DNA of 64,000 nt, taken from positions 496,001 through 560,000 of the forward strand of contig NW_026250424.1 in NCBI RefSeq assembly GCF_024521635.1. The letters are read 5' to 3'. The stretch comes from Tricharina praecox. Its lineage: Eukaryota. A program made the translations under genes and the position numbers. How positions within the stretch are numbered: the stretch's first letter is position 1; each line of letters begins with the position of its first letter. Of this stretch, positions 1 to 13,650 are shown piece by piece. The notes below the pieces were generated by a model. The model was not told the DNA's origin and did no database searches. It saw nothing but the letters and a program-made list of their open reading frames with translations.

Positions 1-3000
1 GCCGCCTCCCACGGAAGCAGTTATGTACATACTAGGTAGCAACGCGTGGCTTGCACCTAACTAATTGTATGCCTCTTTACCCACTCGCCCCATCTACATA
101 TTATATGCACCCCGTGCGCCGATATTATGGCTGGAATGTAGTTATGTATGTATCTGCGGCTATGTACTTGGGTAGCATACGTATTCCTAGTAGACATGAG
201 ACCCCCCCAGCGTGTTTTGATTGTTTCACGCTGTCGACGGATGGTGGATGGCGGGGGGGATCGACTAGTGGATAAGTAGAGTACATAGGACCACGTGGGG
301 AAGGGAGAGATTTATTGGAGATCGTTACTTTGCGGGTGCCAGGTGGGTATATAGAGTAGGTTTATCGAGGCAGGGTTGGCTACTCGAATAGAGTATCATA
401 GGCATGTAACTGGAGGCGGAGTGGAGTGGGGTGAAGTGGAGTGGAGTGGAGTGAAGTGGAGTCACTGGAGTGGAGTAGGCATGTAGAGTATGTGTGTATG
501 TGTGTATGCGTGCGTGCCAAGTGTGTCGGGTGGAGACATCGTCGATATATGTGCATGAGGAATACCGTGACGATGAGTTTGGGTTTGGGCGCGTACGGGT
601 ATGTACGTGACGTTCAAGCATCCGATCGATCCCTACCACAGGCGAGTGCCATGTCAGGAGTCAGGACTCAGACGGTCCAGTCTACCGGGCGGATATGGCC
701 GGTTGGAGAACAGCGGCCTACATACGGTACCGGCATATACTCCAGCTGAGTTGCGGCATGCCGGCGGTAATTACCTTCCTACGCCTCACGCCACCCCGAT
801 GCCCGGGCCGAGAAGGGTTGCCGTGCAGAATAGAGTATCTACAATACCGTACCTACCTGGCAGTCGAACGTTCTCGGCCGCAAACTCCTTGTAAGCAATG
901 AGCATTGCAGGGTTGCAGTAAAGTACTGTCTATGTAGGCGGTAAGTCGATATTATACCTGCCTACGGCGGTAAGGAAGTAAACACCCTGAAGGAAACTTT
1001 TGCTCATTCCTCAGCAGTCTTCCGTAACTCCTTTTCGTCGACAGGAGATGCAAGTACAATACATACACACGCAGGTACCTTAGGTACCCAGGTACTTGAC
1101 CCCTCCTCAGCAGTCTCCCGCGACTCCTTTCCGTTGACAGGAGTTGGAATTGCCCCGGCACGAGTTTCGGTATGAAGGATGGGATAGGGCGGTTGTTGGT
1201 TAACGTACCGGCACCTATCCTTGTGGGTGCGGGATATCGAAGGAGAAGAAGACTAAGAAGAAGCAAGATGGAATGGGTGGAATAACCAACTTTGCCCGAT
1301 CTATGAAAGGAGCCCGTGATGCTCTCCAACCCGTCCAACTCTCCAACCCGTTCAGCTGGTTCAGCTCATTCAGCTGAATTCTACTCTCCTCCGAGCTCGT
1401 GTGGTTTGCTCGTGCTCGATCGTGAAGTCGCTCAGTCGCTCGGTTCGTCGGGAAAAATCGCTCACGACGCTGCCTGCCTGCCTACTTGCATACATCCCTC
1501 ATGCATTACATACTCTACACAGGCACGACCACACGATAACTACATACATACACTTTAACCAACCTACATGCGGCCCCGGTCCTGACATATGGACCTGGTG
1601 GAACTGGTGGAACTGTCAACGTCACCATGCTGCTGCCACTGGCGATGCTCATTGCGTTGCTGGGAGTTTGATTCGATCCCACGCTCGGCTTAGCTGCGTT
1701 ACATAGCAGGTAGTACTGCCGCCAGTCAAGTGCCTCCACAGATGCATGTCATCCTACCTATGTATGAGGGATCTTGCAAAGGGGGAGGAAAGGGGGAAGT
1801 GGTAAAGGGGGCGGATCTGTAGAGTATGCAGAGTAGAGTAGGATTGGATACCGGTTGACGGTAGAGTAGGTAGCTCTGGCTGTGTGTGGGTTGTGTAGGA
1901 TTCCTCACGGGAGCCCCATCATCCGTAGTCTATATACAGACATGTTGTTGTGTTCTTATTGTTAAGGAAGGAAGTTGATGTCGTTTAATTAAGCGTTGGA
2001 GGGGGGTGAGAATCGAGAATCGAGGTGGGATCCAAACCGGCAATCGTGCTACCAACTACGGGTATCTAAAGAAACATTTCGCATGAATCATTCCCCCCTT
2101 CCCCTTTGCCGAGTATGATTTTTTTTTAGAGTGCTCTAAGATACGTTATGTAGGCATCTGTCATCGCGGAAGTGGATTCAACTCTACGTACTAGGTATAC
2201 AAGCTAACCTACCGCTACACCGGAAATCCTCCTTTCCTCCTTTCCTCCTTTCCTCCTGAATCTTTGTATGTACATGCTACCAGTGGTACATAGCTTCCTC
2301 CTACGGACAGACGTGGTCAGGTGTTGCCCGGTGCACGATGGCCAATAATCCTTCAGAGACTCGTAGGTACTACTACTCTATACATACCGTAGTTGATGGT
2401 TGTCGGACGGGCTCCCGAAGTCGATTCGCATCTTGACGGGCACTCCGCAGCACCTTTGGGATGCGACTGTCTGCCTTGCAACTAATTTTCGCCACCCCCG
2501 ACTCCCCAATTCCATACATACATCGTAGGCACTCCACTCGATGATACGCACACAGTGGAGCTTAGTTAGCCGCGCAGTTTTTCGAACCGTTTACTGTCCG
2601 CCGAGAGCGTGACAAGGTACCGTAGTCGAGTAACTACGAAAGTACGGCGATATAAGTAGACCGGAGTATATACGTGGGAAACGCACTGGCGCAGGCCACG
2701 TTTGGTTATGTACCAGAAAGCGGCCAATATATAGTTCCTAGTAGAGTAGTATTCCATTGATATTCGACAGCCGCTTCCAACCATATGGTGGGCGGGCATG
2801 AAGCCGTTGGCATGGCGTGGCATGGCGTGCGTATGCTCTAGGAGAAGCCCGAGAAAAGAAAATAAAAAGCCGTGACTCGCTCCATGTGGGGTGAAGATTC
2901 TACAGCCACAAGCCACAAGCTTGGGGATGATGAATCTAATGAGTTGTCTGTTCGGCTTATCTAAGGCCAGCGAACAAGATAGGTATGCAACTACATTGTA

Positions 3001-6000
3001 ACAAGCTCGTCTAATTGGATCGTGGCGGTGGTACCGATGTGGTCCACGCCATACCTGGTATAAGGACTTAGGGGAGCAGAAGGATCGAACATCAGCTTGG
3101 GGGAGATCGTTGATCCGCTCCTCTGGTTGGAGAACCGTCCGCCACGAGAAGGAGCCTAACCAAGGCAGGCCACACTGCGCCGAACTGTCGCCGTCGTCGT
3201 TGACGGCTGGATCGGGTTGCATGGCGACATTTCCCGTGGTGTGTATTTTGAGGAGATATTACCATAAGTGCTATCTATCCAATCGAATGGCGTGGACTAT
3301 ATACCACCGCCACCATCCAAGTGGGCGAACTTGTTACGTTGGTTTGCATGGCGACATCCCGTGGTATTTCGAGGAGATACATACCAAAGTGATATCCGAA
3401 TAGTACCTAGGTGGTAGTAGAGTACAACAACATTCGCTGGACTCCTGCTCGTTCGGGGCCAATCCGTGATCGCCGCTGTGAGACTGACGGCACGGCCCCG
3501 AGGTTCGTCTCCGCTCCTCTCCTTGCCTCCTCAGCCCGAAACTTTTTTCTGGAGTCGCACTCATGATTGCGAGGTGGTACGTATGATACCTCGTACTTTC
3601 TTTCTTTCTTCCTTTCTTTCTTCCTTTCTTTCTCTCCTTTTTCTTGGATATCGGCAAGTCTCGAAGACGGCTAGTGTTCGGACGCTTTCCTCCTCCTATG
3701 CACATAATCATTCAGTCACTGGACTCGATACATCATCATACTCAAGATATCTAGTGCTCATCATAGGTAATATGAAGTCGGTGAGCCGTGGTACGTACTC
3801 AATTACTTCATACTACCTACACGCAGACCGGGAATGACAAGCAATACGGGGGGTCATCTTCCGCCTCAATACTTATTATTACCCCCCCGGTCGACGATTG
3901 ATGGATGAACGGCACATGCCGAGCTGAAGTGTTCTGAAATAAGCATAGAGTACATAGAGTTGCACTCCGGATTGATGTTAGTTAGAGTAGAGCAGTCGAC
4001 TGGCGACTGGCAGAGAGGATTGCGCTGTGTGGAACCTGACATGGTGATCGCCCACTAGAGTACTGTAGAGTAGAGTACATACAGTACATAGCCACATCCG
4101 CGCATCTGTGTTGGGCTTCGGATGGATGTCGAGACTCGCGGTGAGGAATGTACCATTATCTTTGAATATGTGCGTACTGCGAGGTGGGTACGTACACCTA
4201 GAGCTTATGCATGCCTTTGAGAAGTATCGGCGAGGCGACAGGAGCTGTTTGGTAACTGGAGTCTAGTTGGAAGACCATCGCCCCGTGCCGGCTGACAGCT
4301 GTCAGACGGCCAGCACTCGAATACCGGTACGTATGGCACGGCGAACATCACCATCCAAGCCCACTCACTGCCCGCCAAATCCTTCCAGTATGATCATACG
4401 TTCATACATAGACACCAACTCGATCGCACGGCGATTCCCTAGCGAAACAGCGGGAGCCCGTGCGTGATGCGTGAAAGTCGAACCACTGATCAGCGACCGA
4501 CCCGAACTGGAATCTACGCATGTTCACATACCTACTCTAGGTATATAGCAAATGTCCGGGCTACTTACCTACCTCCTACCTATAGCATCAGCTATCACCG
4601 GGACCGGGACCGGGACCGCGGATCTTAAAGAGAGAGGGCCTCTCGCTCGCCGGAATTCGATAATCTGCCGTGTTCCCGGACTCGCAATTATCCTTCATCG
4701 ATCTAGGCCTTCAGTCTTTTGCTTTCGTCGTCGTCGCTGATGTGCTCGAGAGTCGACATTCCCCAGCGGCCCAGCCCACGGCCCGGCCCGTCCCCCACCC
4801 CGGCTCGGGTTCGGCCCGCGAGGGGGCGGACAGTGGGACACCTCGGGAGTCGGGAGTCGGGAAGCGTTTTCGCCGCCGCGGCACCTCGAGGTTTTGGCCT
4901 TGATGGATGTTTACTTGGCCAGCCAGCCAGCATACACCCCCCCTCAACTCATCACTTGCAAACCACGCTGCAAACCCTTGCGAGACGCCTCATGAATACA
5001 CCCCCGACAGCCCCTGCAGAGTTCATGGTCCATGTCATGGTTCATGTCATGGTTCATGGTTCACGGTTCACGGTTCAGGGGGGAAGACGATATGATTGAG
5101 AGCTGGGAAATTTACGAGTCGACTTGTGTATCTACATGCAAAAATAAATTTGCTTGGGCGAGCAGGCAGGCAGGCAGCTTTCGTATAGGTACTGTTAGGT
5201 GCCTGGATTTTGTTGGCCCCTTTTTTTGCGTGAAGGGTCCCCAGTTGTTTCGATCTCATCACATCGCATCACGTTATGTAGGTATGTCATGAGAGGTCAA
5301 CCGACGTCGTCGTGCGGAAGGGGGGGGAAGTTTATGCTACGAAAGGAAGGCAGAAGGCCACGCCCTGACAGTTTTGCGATTCGGTAGCGGAACCGTGACG
5401 TGTAGAGTGCGGATCAGTCACGATCGGTCCGTCCGTGTCGAGTCGAATGCGGCTTCCCCCACGGTTCCGGTTCCGGTTATGCGGGCTGGGCCGGGTTCCG
5501 TCTCGCCCGCATGGGTATCGTCACTCTTTCTCTCTCTCTTCCGCCTGCCCGCCCACCCGCTTGTCACCGCCGCCGCAACGGTCTCCCCGCGTTCAGCGAG
5601 TCCACACCTTGCTCCCGCTCCATCCGCTGCTCTCACTGGTTGCGGTCTACTGTGGGATTCGGGGGCCAGACCCGATGCGGTCGCCTCAACGTTGAAATGT
5701 TCTCTGTTGCTACTTTTGTGTTCTTGTTCAACACATCAGACATCCGACGTCATCCACCACCGCAGAAATTATTCACCGCAGCGGTACCTACTTTGAGGTT
5801 ATTCAGTCTGGATACCACAGGCTGCTTTTCTTTCTTATTGCTTTCATTCAATTGAATCCGTCTCGTCAATTGCCCGTACTTATCCGTCGAGGGTCTCAGT
5901 ACTTTACCTACCCTGCACCACCACCGGCGGGCACGACCAAGCCCAAGCCACAACGGGGAAACATGCGCGCGCGGGCATGCTGCCATGCCCATCATGCCCA

Positions 6001-9000
6001 TCATGCCATGCAGAGCCGGAGATCTTCCCAAGCCCACGGTCTCACTCACTGCTGAGCGGCAAGGCGGCAACTACATCATACCATACATACCATCATACAT
6101 GGAAACATAAACCGGGTGATCTATGCTATCTATCTACTCTATCCAGCTTCGCCGCGGTCCACCCACTGGATCGGGTTCGGCTCGGTTCCGTTGCAGAGCG
6201 ATCGTGGAGGCGGCGGGGGCGGGGGGGAGGGGGTGGTTGCGCCGCGCGCGAGCGTCGCTGGGCTCGAGCTCGTCATCATCCGAACCAGTGACCGGTCGGG
6301 CATTCATTTTCCTTACGCACTCTACATACATACGGTTGTTTGCTGCGGAGTCAGCGCGCGCGTGCGGCTCGATACAATAACAACAACAAACAAACAGACG
6401 AACAAGCAAACGGATGGACGGAGATGCGCGACACCGCCATCTCGTCGGAAGGCTTCCGTGATGTGATGTGATGCATGCGATCGCAACTCCGCAACTCATC
6501 TCGAAACGACCTTCCCGAACGACAGGAACGCGAGGATGACACACCACGAGAGTGCTCGATTCTTCGCACGACCGCAGCAGCAGCAGCTGCCGAAGCACCG
6601 CCGCTTTGGCGCAGGGCACCTACATATTTACATACGAAGAGAGCATATGGAGTATGCAGAGTATGCAGTGCGTGCTTCGAATTCCTACCCTTTTGCTTCG
6701 CCCACTGGGTCGCTGATCGCTCGCAAGGGTTAACAAAGTATCTACTGCAGAGTACATATAGGTAGGCTCCGTACTCGTCAACCGCACTGGATGGCCATGC
6801 AGACGGTACTTTGAGGCTGACTGCCTATATCTCCTACGATGGACTGGCTCGACCTATGACTTCGTGGAATGAAGTCGAGCGGAGATGGAGTGGGGGGAAT
6901 GAAGCTGTCGATGTCCTCCTGGCCGCACGTAAACTGTGAAATCTACTTTGGTGTCTGTGTAGATCACTCAGGGTTTGTTGGATAGGTAGAGTAGAGTTCC
7001 TAGAGCGCACCCACTGCCCACCACCCACCACTGCCCACCGCCCACTGCCCACCACCAACCACCCCCCTTCCCTAAGCGTGATAGCGATGTCTTTGAGGAT
7101 GCCGCTTCATCGTCGAGCCTTCTTGCTTTGGGATCACCCATTCGCAAGAAGGACGAAAACAACGCGTAAAAAGAAAGGAAAAAAAAACTAGTTCTGGGCA
7201 TCTGGCTGTGTACTGCTCGCTATGGCGTTGGGAAACCCTGGGCCCGACTCCCAGCGTCAGATATCTAGTTGAAGACATCCTTCTCCACCGCCGCCGCCCC
7301 CCTCCCCCCTCTCCCCCTCCCTTCCCATTGATGCCTTGATACTTCTTGCCTGCAGCATCAACTCTGGGATCGCTCGGCAGAGTAGTTACTCCCACCAGAA
7401 ATTCGAAGTGCAACAACAGAGAAGCCCATCCCGAAGCAGCACAAGAGACGTGAAACCTCCGAATAACGAGGCTACATACCCACCGTACATACGAACGGCC
7501 ATCTTCACGACCGAAGAAAAGACTTCAATAATACACGGATAGCATCCGTACTTGCCGCGCACACCTCACCCAGCGCCGCCGTCACCAACATCGGACATCC
7601 CGTACATACCGACAGAAAGAAGGAAGAAAGAAAAAAAAAGGAGAAAGGGATACCGTACCGGACCTAGGTACTACTATACTATACCCACAGCGTCCTTTCC
7701 CTTACATACCTGGTCCCCCAACTGTGCTCCACAGCACGAGATCGAAAGGGACGCCACGCCGCTTCTTATTCTTCTTCTTCTCCTTGTTCTTCTTCGTTGG
7801 TCTCACGCCCACGCCCACGCCTGCGCTCAAGATACCTTCGCTGGTCAACTGCAACAGCTGGCAGTGTGTATAGCCCCCCCCCCCCGCCATCGCATCACAT
7901 CGTCCAACAAGCCATCGGTCGACCGCCTACCTCCACCACCACCACCTCCACATTCACCTCCACCACCCACGTACACACGAGACATCATCGAATCGATACG
8001 ATCTCGAGCCTGCAGCACGCCGCATTTCCGTCTAGCACCCTCATCCTAGAACTACTTTCACTTTCCCTCCCGCAGAGTACATACTCGCACAGTGCGTGTG
8101 TCCTAGAGCCGCCTGCCCGAATAAGCCCGGACGAAATTGGTTGTTTTGCTCGCTCAACTCGCTCTTCCTCATATCTATACCCCATTGCACCCCGCAGAGC
8201 AGTGCGACAAGAACAAGACGACAAGCAACCCCGACATTCTCTTGCCAGCGAATCGGCGGGTTTTACAGTTCCTAATTGTGAACAACTTAGCTGTTCACTT
8301 AGCCTGGCATACACATTCGCCTCGACGGACCCCCCCATATTCATCCCTCCCTCCCCCCCGGTGCGTCACACTGATCTACGCGCAGGAACTGGCGCTGCAG
8401 ATAGATCACGGGCACCGACGTTGTCCGAGGTGGGGGGGAGAGAAGTCCGCGAGTTTGAGCACTGCACACTGCAACGTGAGTTTCATCCATGGCGACGAGC
8501 GAGAACGGCGGCCATATATTCCCATACCTCGAGTCGGAACGCGGAGAGCATTTCTGACCACCACCTGTGTTCCAGTCCCAGTCCCAGTCCCAGGCCCCGT
8601 CCCTAATCCCGGTCCGGTTTCTCTCATTCGGATTGCCACTTTTTGCGACGAGAGAATAATTATCACTGTCCACAGCTGAGGAGGTGTCTTGGGCCTCTTC
8701 TTTCTTCCGCAAGGATCCCCCAGTTGAGAAGCAGTTGGTTCCCGTCGTTATTTGTTGTCGTTGCCTCTGTCGATCGTCGCCCAAAAGACTATCTCTGTCT
8801 CCCGCCCTTCTCGCCTTGTCACGATCGCCCTCCTCAGAGAGTACCGCAACTGACGCCCTCCCCCACCCCCCGTCCATATCAGCGACGAACAAAACCAATC
8901 CTCTGTGTCAATAACCCCCCGCCCCAACAACAACAACAAACGCCCGTTCGGCCCGCTCCGCAGCTCTAGTTTCTTTATACCTCCACTCTCCGGTCTAGGA

Positions 9001-9178
9001 AACTATCCCCTCAGGAGAAGGGCCAGACTGCAGGGTCGCGTCTCGTCGTCGTCGCAGTCGACCGTGTAAGAAGCGGAGCTCCAAAATACACCCCCCCCTC
9101 CCGACCGTGCTTTTCGCTTCGGAATCTATGTTGTCTCAAGTCGATTCTGTTCCACGACGTCTTTTACCTCAAAGTATT

Positions 9179-12100
9179 ATGCAGCAGAGTATGAGTTTGT
9201 CCCCGACGGATATGGGAGGCGGTCCCAGAGAAATCCACAAAAGTATGTCGCTCTCTAGCACAGTTGCGCGCGCGCGAGAGAAGTCCCCATTGCTGACCGG
9301 GTACGATAGATTATGTCTTCGTTGATGAGCACAACCGACATAAGCGACTCAAGGGTGAGAATACAGCCCGTGCCCCGCCGTCGGCGTAATCTTCCACATA
9401 TGGCTAACCCCCGGTGATGTGTAGTAATGCGAGCCTGCGAAGGATGCCGTCGACGAAAAATCAAGTGTGACGCCGCGACTACGAACACCTGGCCGTGTTC
9501 GGCGTGCACGCGGCTTAAATTACATTGTGTGCCACCGATGCTACAATACGATCGCGAATATGCTTCCTCACAGGTCGTGATGGGACACGATCAGAATGTG
9601 GACTTTGGAGATTCGGGCGGCAGCGGAGAGGAAGAGATGATGCACCACATGGGCAAACCTAACCGGCCACACATGCCTGGCTACCACCGTGACAACAACC
9701 ACTATCGGCATCTGTCACCGCAAGACCATCATGGCCCGGGGCACCCGCAATCCGGCGCAATCCCGTATTCGGGCTTGACCTCCGGGGAGTCGATGGAGCC
9801 GGCTCTGTCCCCGGTGCACGGCCATTTCCATCAACCACCTGTTTATCACTCCCAAGAGGTCATGAGGCAGGAGCAGTGGCACGCAGACAACGACTACGCT
9901 TCAGCATTGGTGGGCTCCCTCAAGATTGACGACGATGGTGTTGGTAAGTTGTGTGCCCGCTCCATAAGGCCCGCTCCGAGCCGTACTGACGATCGCCTAC
10001 AGCGGGGTACATCTCGGCCCAAGGCAGGAGGCTGGCCGAAACACCAGCGTACGAGCCATGGGGTGACGAAGTAGAACCAAACAACCCTTCGTTCATGCCC
10101 GGTCAGCATGAGTTTGCCGTGAAAATCCGGCCGGAGGACATGCCCTCCAACGACGAAGCCGACGAGCTGTTTGGCATATTCTTCAATCACATACACCCGT
10201 ACATTCCCATCGTCAACAAGGCGGCATTCTTCCGCCTATGGGACAATTCAAGGGAGCAGATTTCTCCCTTATTGCTCGAGACCATATTCGCATGTGCTGG
10301 AAGGCTCATGACTCAACCCGCGAAGGGCCTGAAATGGATCGCCGTGGCAACCAGTTAGTAGATCCGTGCTGTAATACGTTTTTGAAAGATTGTTGACTTT
10401 TGCTTTGTTAGGGCACGTGGATTGCTTCTTGGACGTACCACGCCTGAGTACCGTTCAAGCGCTGCTGTTATTACTAAAGGCACGAGAGTCAGCGCCGCAA
10501 CGAGGATACTTCTTCCGGTCATGGATGAGCATGGTGAACATCATCGCGATGGCTCGCGATCTCCGCCTCGACAGTCATTATGAGCTCCACAAGCAGGGGA
10601 TTGGTTGTGGAGAAATTTCGCTCGAGTGCACCACTCGTACCCGGGTTTGGCAGGCTTGTTTTGCCTATGAATTGATGATTTGCGCCCCACAAGGTAATTC
10701 ACATCGCTCTCAATCTTTGCGAGGAAGGGAGAGGGTTTGGGAGGCTCACAACATCTAGGACGCAACAACATGCAGTGTGAGCCAGCTAGCGTAGATCTAT
10801 CTACACCTTTGAGAGGCGCCCCCGAATTGGATGACCAAGAAGTTATGATTCACCGCAACTTTGTACACTTCGTTCGCCTGATCCACAACATCCGACGAAT
10901 GAGTGATGTTCACGCAAAACTCAAAGCGAACCCTAACTGGCGCAATGATCCGCAATTCTTGCAATCGGGCCCCAGCTTAGAGCAATGGTTCTACGACCTA
11001 CCAGCGGATCTTCACATCCAAGTCAACACCTCGCTCGCGCAACCCGGACCTCAGCCGGAGTCACATCTATCGGGAAATCTCCAGGTGTACTACCACCTGG
11101 CTAGAATCATGCTTCACAGGCCTGCTCTGGCTTTTGGAAAGACGTTCGCTTCCGGAGGCGAGTGGAGACGACACATGTCGGTGTGTGCGAACGCAGCGAA
11201 GTCGATTTGCAGGCTGGAGGAGGTCATCTTTGAACAGTACGGCATGCTTGGTCTGCAGTGCATGTCTCGAGGAGTCAACTTTTCGATCTACTCCCTTCTC
11301 AGTGGAGCGATGATTCACCTAGTATGTCCCGAAACGAGGAGGATGGAGACCTGGATGTGGAGGAGGGGGGTGCTGACAGGATTTCCAGATCGCCGCAACG
11401 TGTCCGGACCCCGAATTCAACCACGATGCCAAGGACTATTTCACCAGAACAATGCGCTTGTTGGAAAACTGTATCGACAATTCCGCTTCGTCGGAAATGA
11501 AGGGGCAGATCGAGACATTACGTGAGGCGTTCTCGGTTGACGTTAATCGACCATTCGTCCTGAACCCGAGCTTTCCGTTCTATCATGGTGTTCCTGCACC
11601 CATTGACCCTCATGTTGCTAGAGCGTATTCTCAAGCCGATGCCGTTGCGACCACCATGGCTGTGGCCAACGGGCAAGTGGCGTATTCGACGCATCCGCTG
11701 TCCCCTCCTCACTCTATAGGGGATACAGAAACGAAGGGCGATTCACCAGGTGCGGTGCAATCTCTCGTTATGCTGGCTGCGGGCCAAGGCGCACAGGTGC
11801 CACAATCGCAACCGACTCTAGTCGATCACGTGGCCGCATGGAATCCTTCGAGATTATTCGAGTGCGTATCCCCATCCGCTTGCTTCTCCACTTGACGTGG
11901 TCCTAACATATGTCCCCAAACAGCAATTGGAACACTGCCTTCGGTGTCAATGGATCCGTGACGGCAGTGATGCCTCCCGCATTGCAGCATCAGCATCATG
12001 AAGAATTGGTGGACTCGCTTGGCGGTGCGCACACTTCATCACATTCTTATGTTCCGACTACTGTTGGGATATCCAACTCATTCGTGTCACCGGGCATGTG

Positions 12101-12278
12101 GCAAGACTCCGTAGCCGCTGCCACGGTCTTTAGCGAATCGGGCAAACGAACGTTTCCATTTGGTAATGACGGTGGTTGGGGCGATCCTCCAGCAACGCGC
12201 GCGATGGTTTCGCCAACAACGACGGCTTCGGCTGGAATTGCTCTTCGTGCAAACGGCAATGGCTCGAGAGGACGTTAA
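9179..12278 (+). CDS. Zn(II)2Cys6 fungal transcription factor with fungal-specific TF (middle homology) domain, multi-exon
   Basis: Splicing out 9243-9309 and 9355-9424 gives ...HKNYVFVDEHNRHKRLKVMRACEGCRRRKIKCDAATTNTWPCSACTRLKLHC (binuclear cluster). Later exons carry IFFNHIHPYIPIVNK and PRLSTVQALLLL...SWM...ARDLRL. Stop TAA ends at 12278. The start could be the upstream ATG at 9128. Confidence 0.9.
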
Positions 12279-13650
12279 CGATGCGCTGTCAGTGGAAAGG
12301 CTTTTTGCGCCGACTATTAGTGAGGAGTGGAGATTTACTATTCTTGACCGCTCTGATTTTATTTATTTTCTTTGTTTTTTTCTTTCGTTCGTTTCGTTTT
12401 CGATGAAGATCTTCACCAGGGATGTGTGGGCACGTGTGGGGGCCGATGCGATTGTCGATGGTTGCACGACCGCCCCATATTCATCGGCGACCCCGCGAAC
12501 TGCTGTCCGCCCTATACTCGGCGGAGAAGAGGGGATGGTGTCTGCGTCCCACTACACAGGGCTTCACGTCGGTCGATGACTTCTTCTGCATATGTTACTG
12601 ACGTGAAGGCTAGCCAGCCATCATAGCTGGAGCTCTTACTACATTCGGCGGCGTCGTCGTCGTCCCTGCAGCCATCCATCCCTCCCTCCATCGATCCATT
12701 CATCCATCCACATTGTTTCGTTTTGCTCTTGGTTCATATCCTTTTGCTTTTGTTCGCTCGGGCACCCATCTTGGTTATTTGATTGCTGTGTATTTTCCCA
12801 TTTGTTCTGGCGTGTTGTGTTGGTTGCTGTGTATGGGATTTTGGCGCGCGCACTGGCGGGGGGTTGAACTTGGGATTTGATTCTTGTTTTTCTTTTCTCC
12901 TTTCTGGATCTTTTTTGGATACTTTTCTCGGATTTAATACCTAGCTCGATGATTTTTCTTTTTTCTCTCTTTTTTCTTTTTTGCTCTCCTCGACAACGAC
13001 GGTTAGATGGGACGGGATGGATGGGATGGGATGGGAAGAGGCGCGGTGGCAATGGGGCGGTTGGGGCTACGGGCGATGGGGTAGGGCTACGGGGCAGCGG
13101 GACAGGGACAGGGCGGGGGATCTGTTTGTAATGCGTGTTTGACGGGTTTCGGTCGGTTGGTAGCGGGGATATCCTGGGGCGAGCGGGGTGGGGTGGGGGC
13201 GGGGCATGGCGGGGCGGAGCGCGGAGGCACGAGGGTCCTTTTCATTTCGCAATTATAAGTATCAATACCTTATTCTCAATGTGTGCTCTGTGCAGTTCGT
13301 TTCCCGTTTGTGGAGGTGGGGATAGACCGGGAAGAGGAAGGTGCACGCAACTATCTGCCGGTTGATCTTCGTTATCGAAGAGCGGGGTTGTAACTTGCGC
13401 GATCGTGGATCCGCCAGATCCAGAAGGAAGGAACGAATGAACGGATATGGGGCTGACGACGAACGAGCGAGTGATAACCTGTGGACTCGCCCTGCATCAC
13501 TCACTCGCTCGCACTCAGGCAGCCAGGCTTGCCACGGCCACCTGTCAGGCTGTCAGGCTGTCAGGCTGTCAAGCTATCAACCAGACACACCAATAGTTAT
13601 CCGGTTGATGAAATGGAAACGCTGGTTCAAACAGTTCAGGGGGGGGGGAC

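Noticed and set aside
51..9100. Many 60-270 aa ORFs (e.g. 2566-3222, 7797-8606)
   Set aside because: No recognisable domains, low-complexity or microsatellite-derived translations, and no coherent exon chain.
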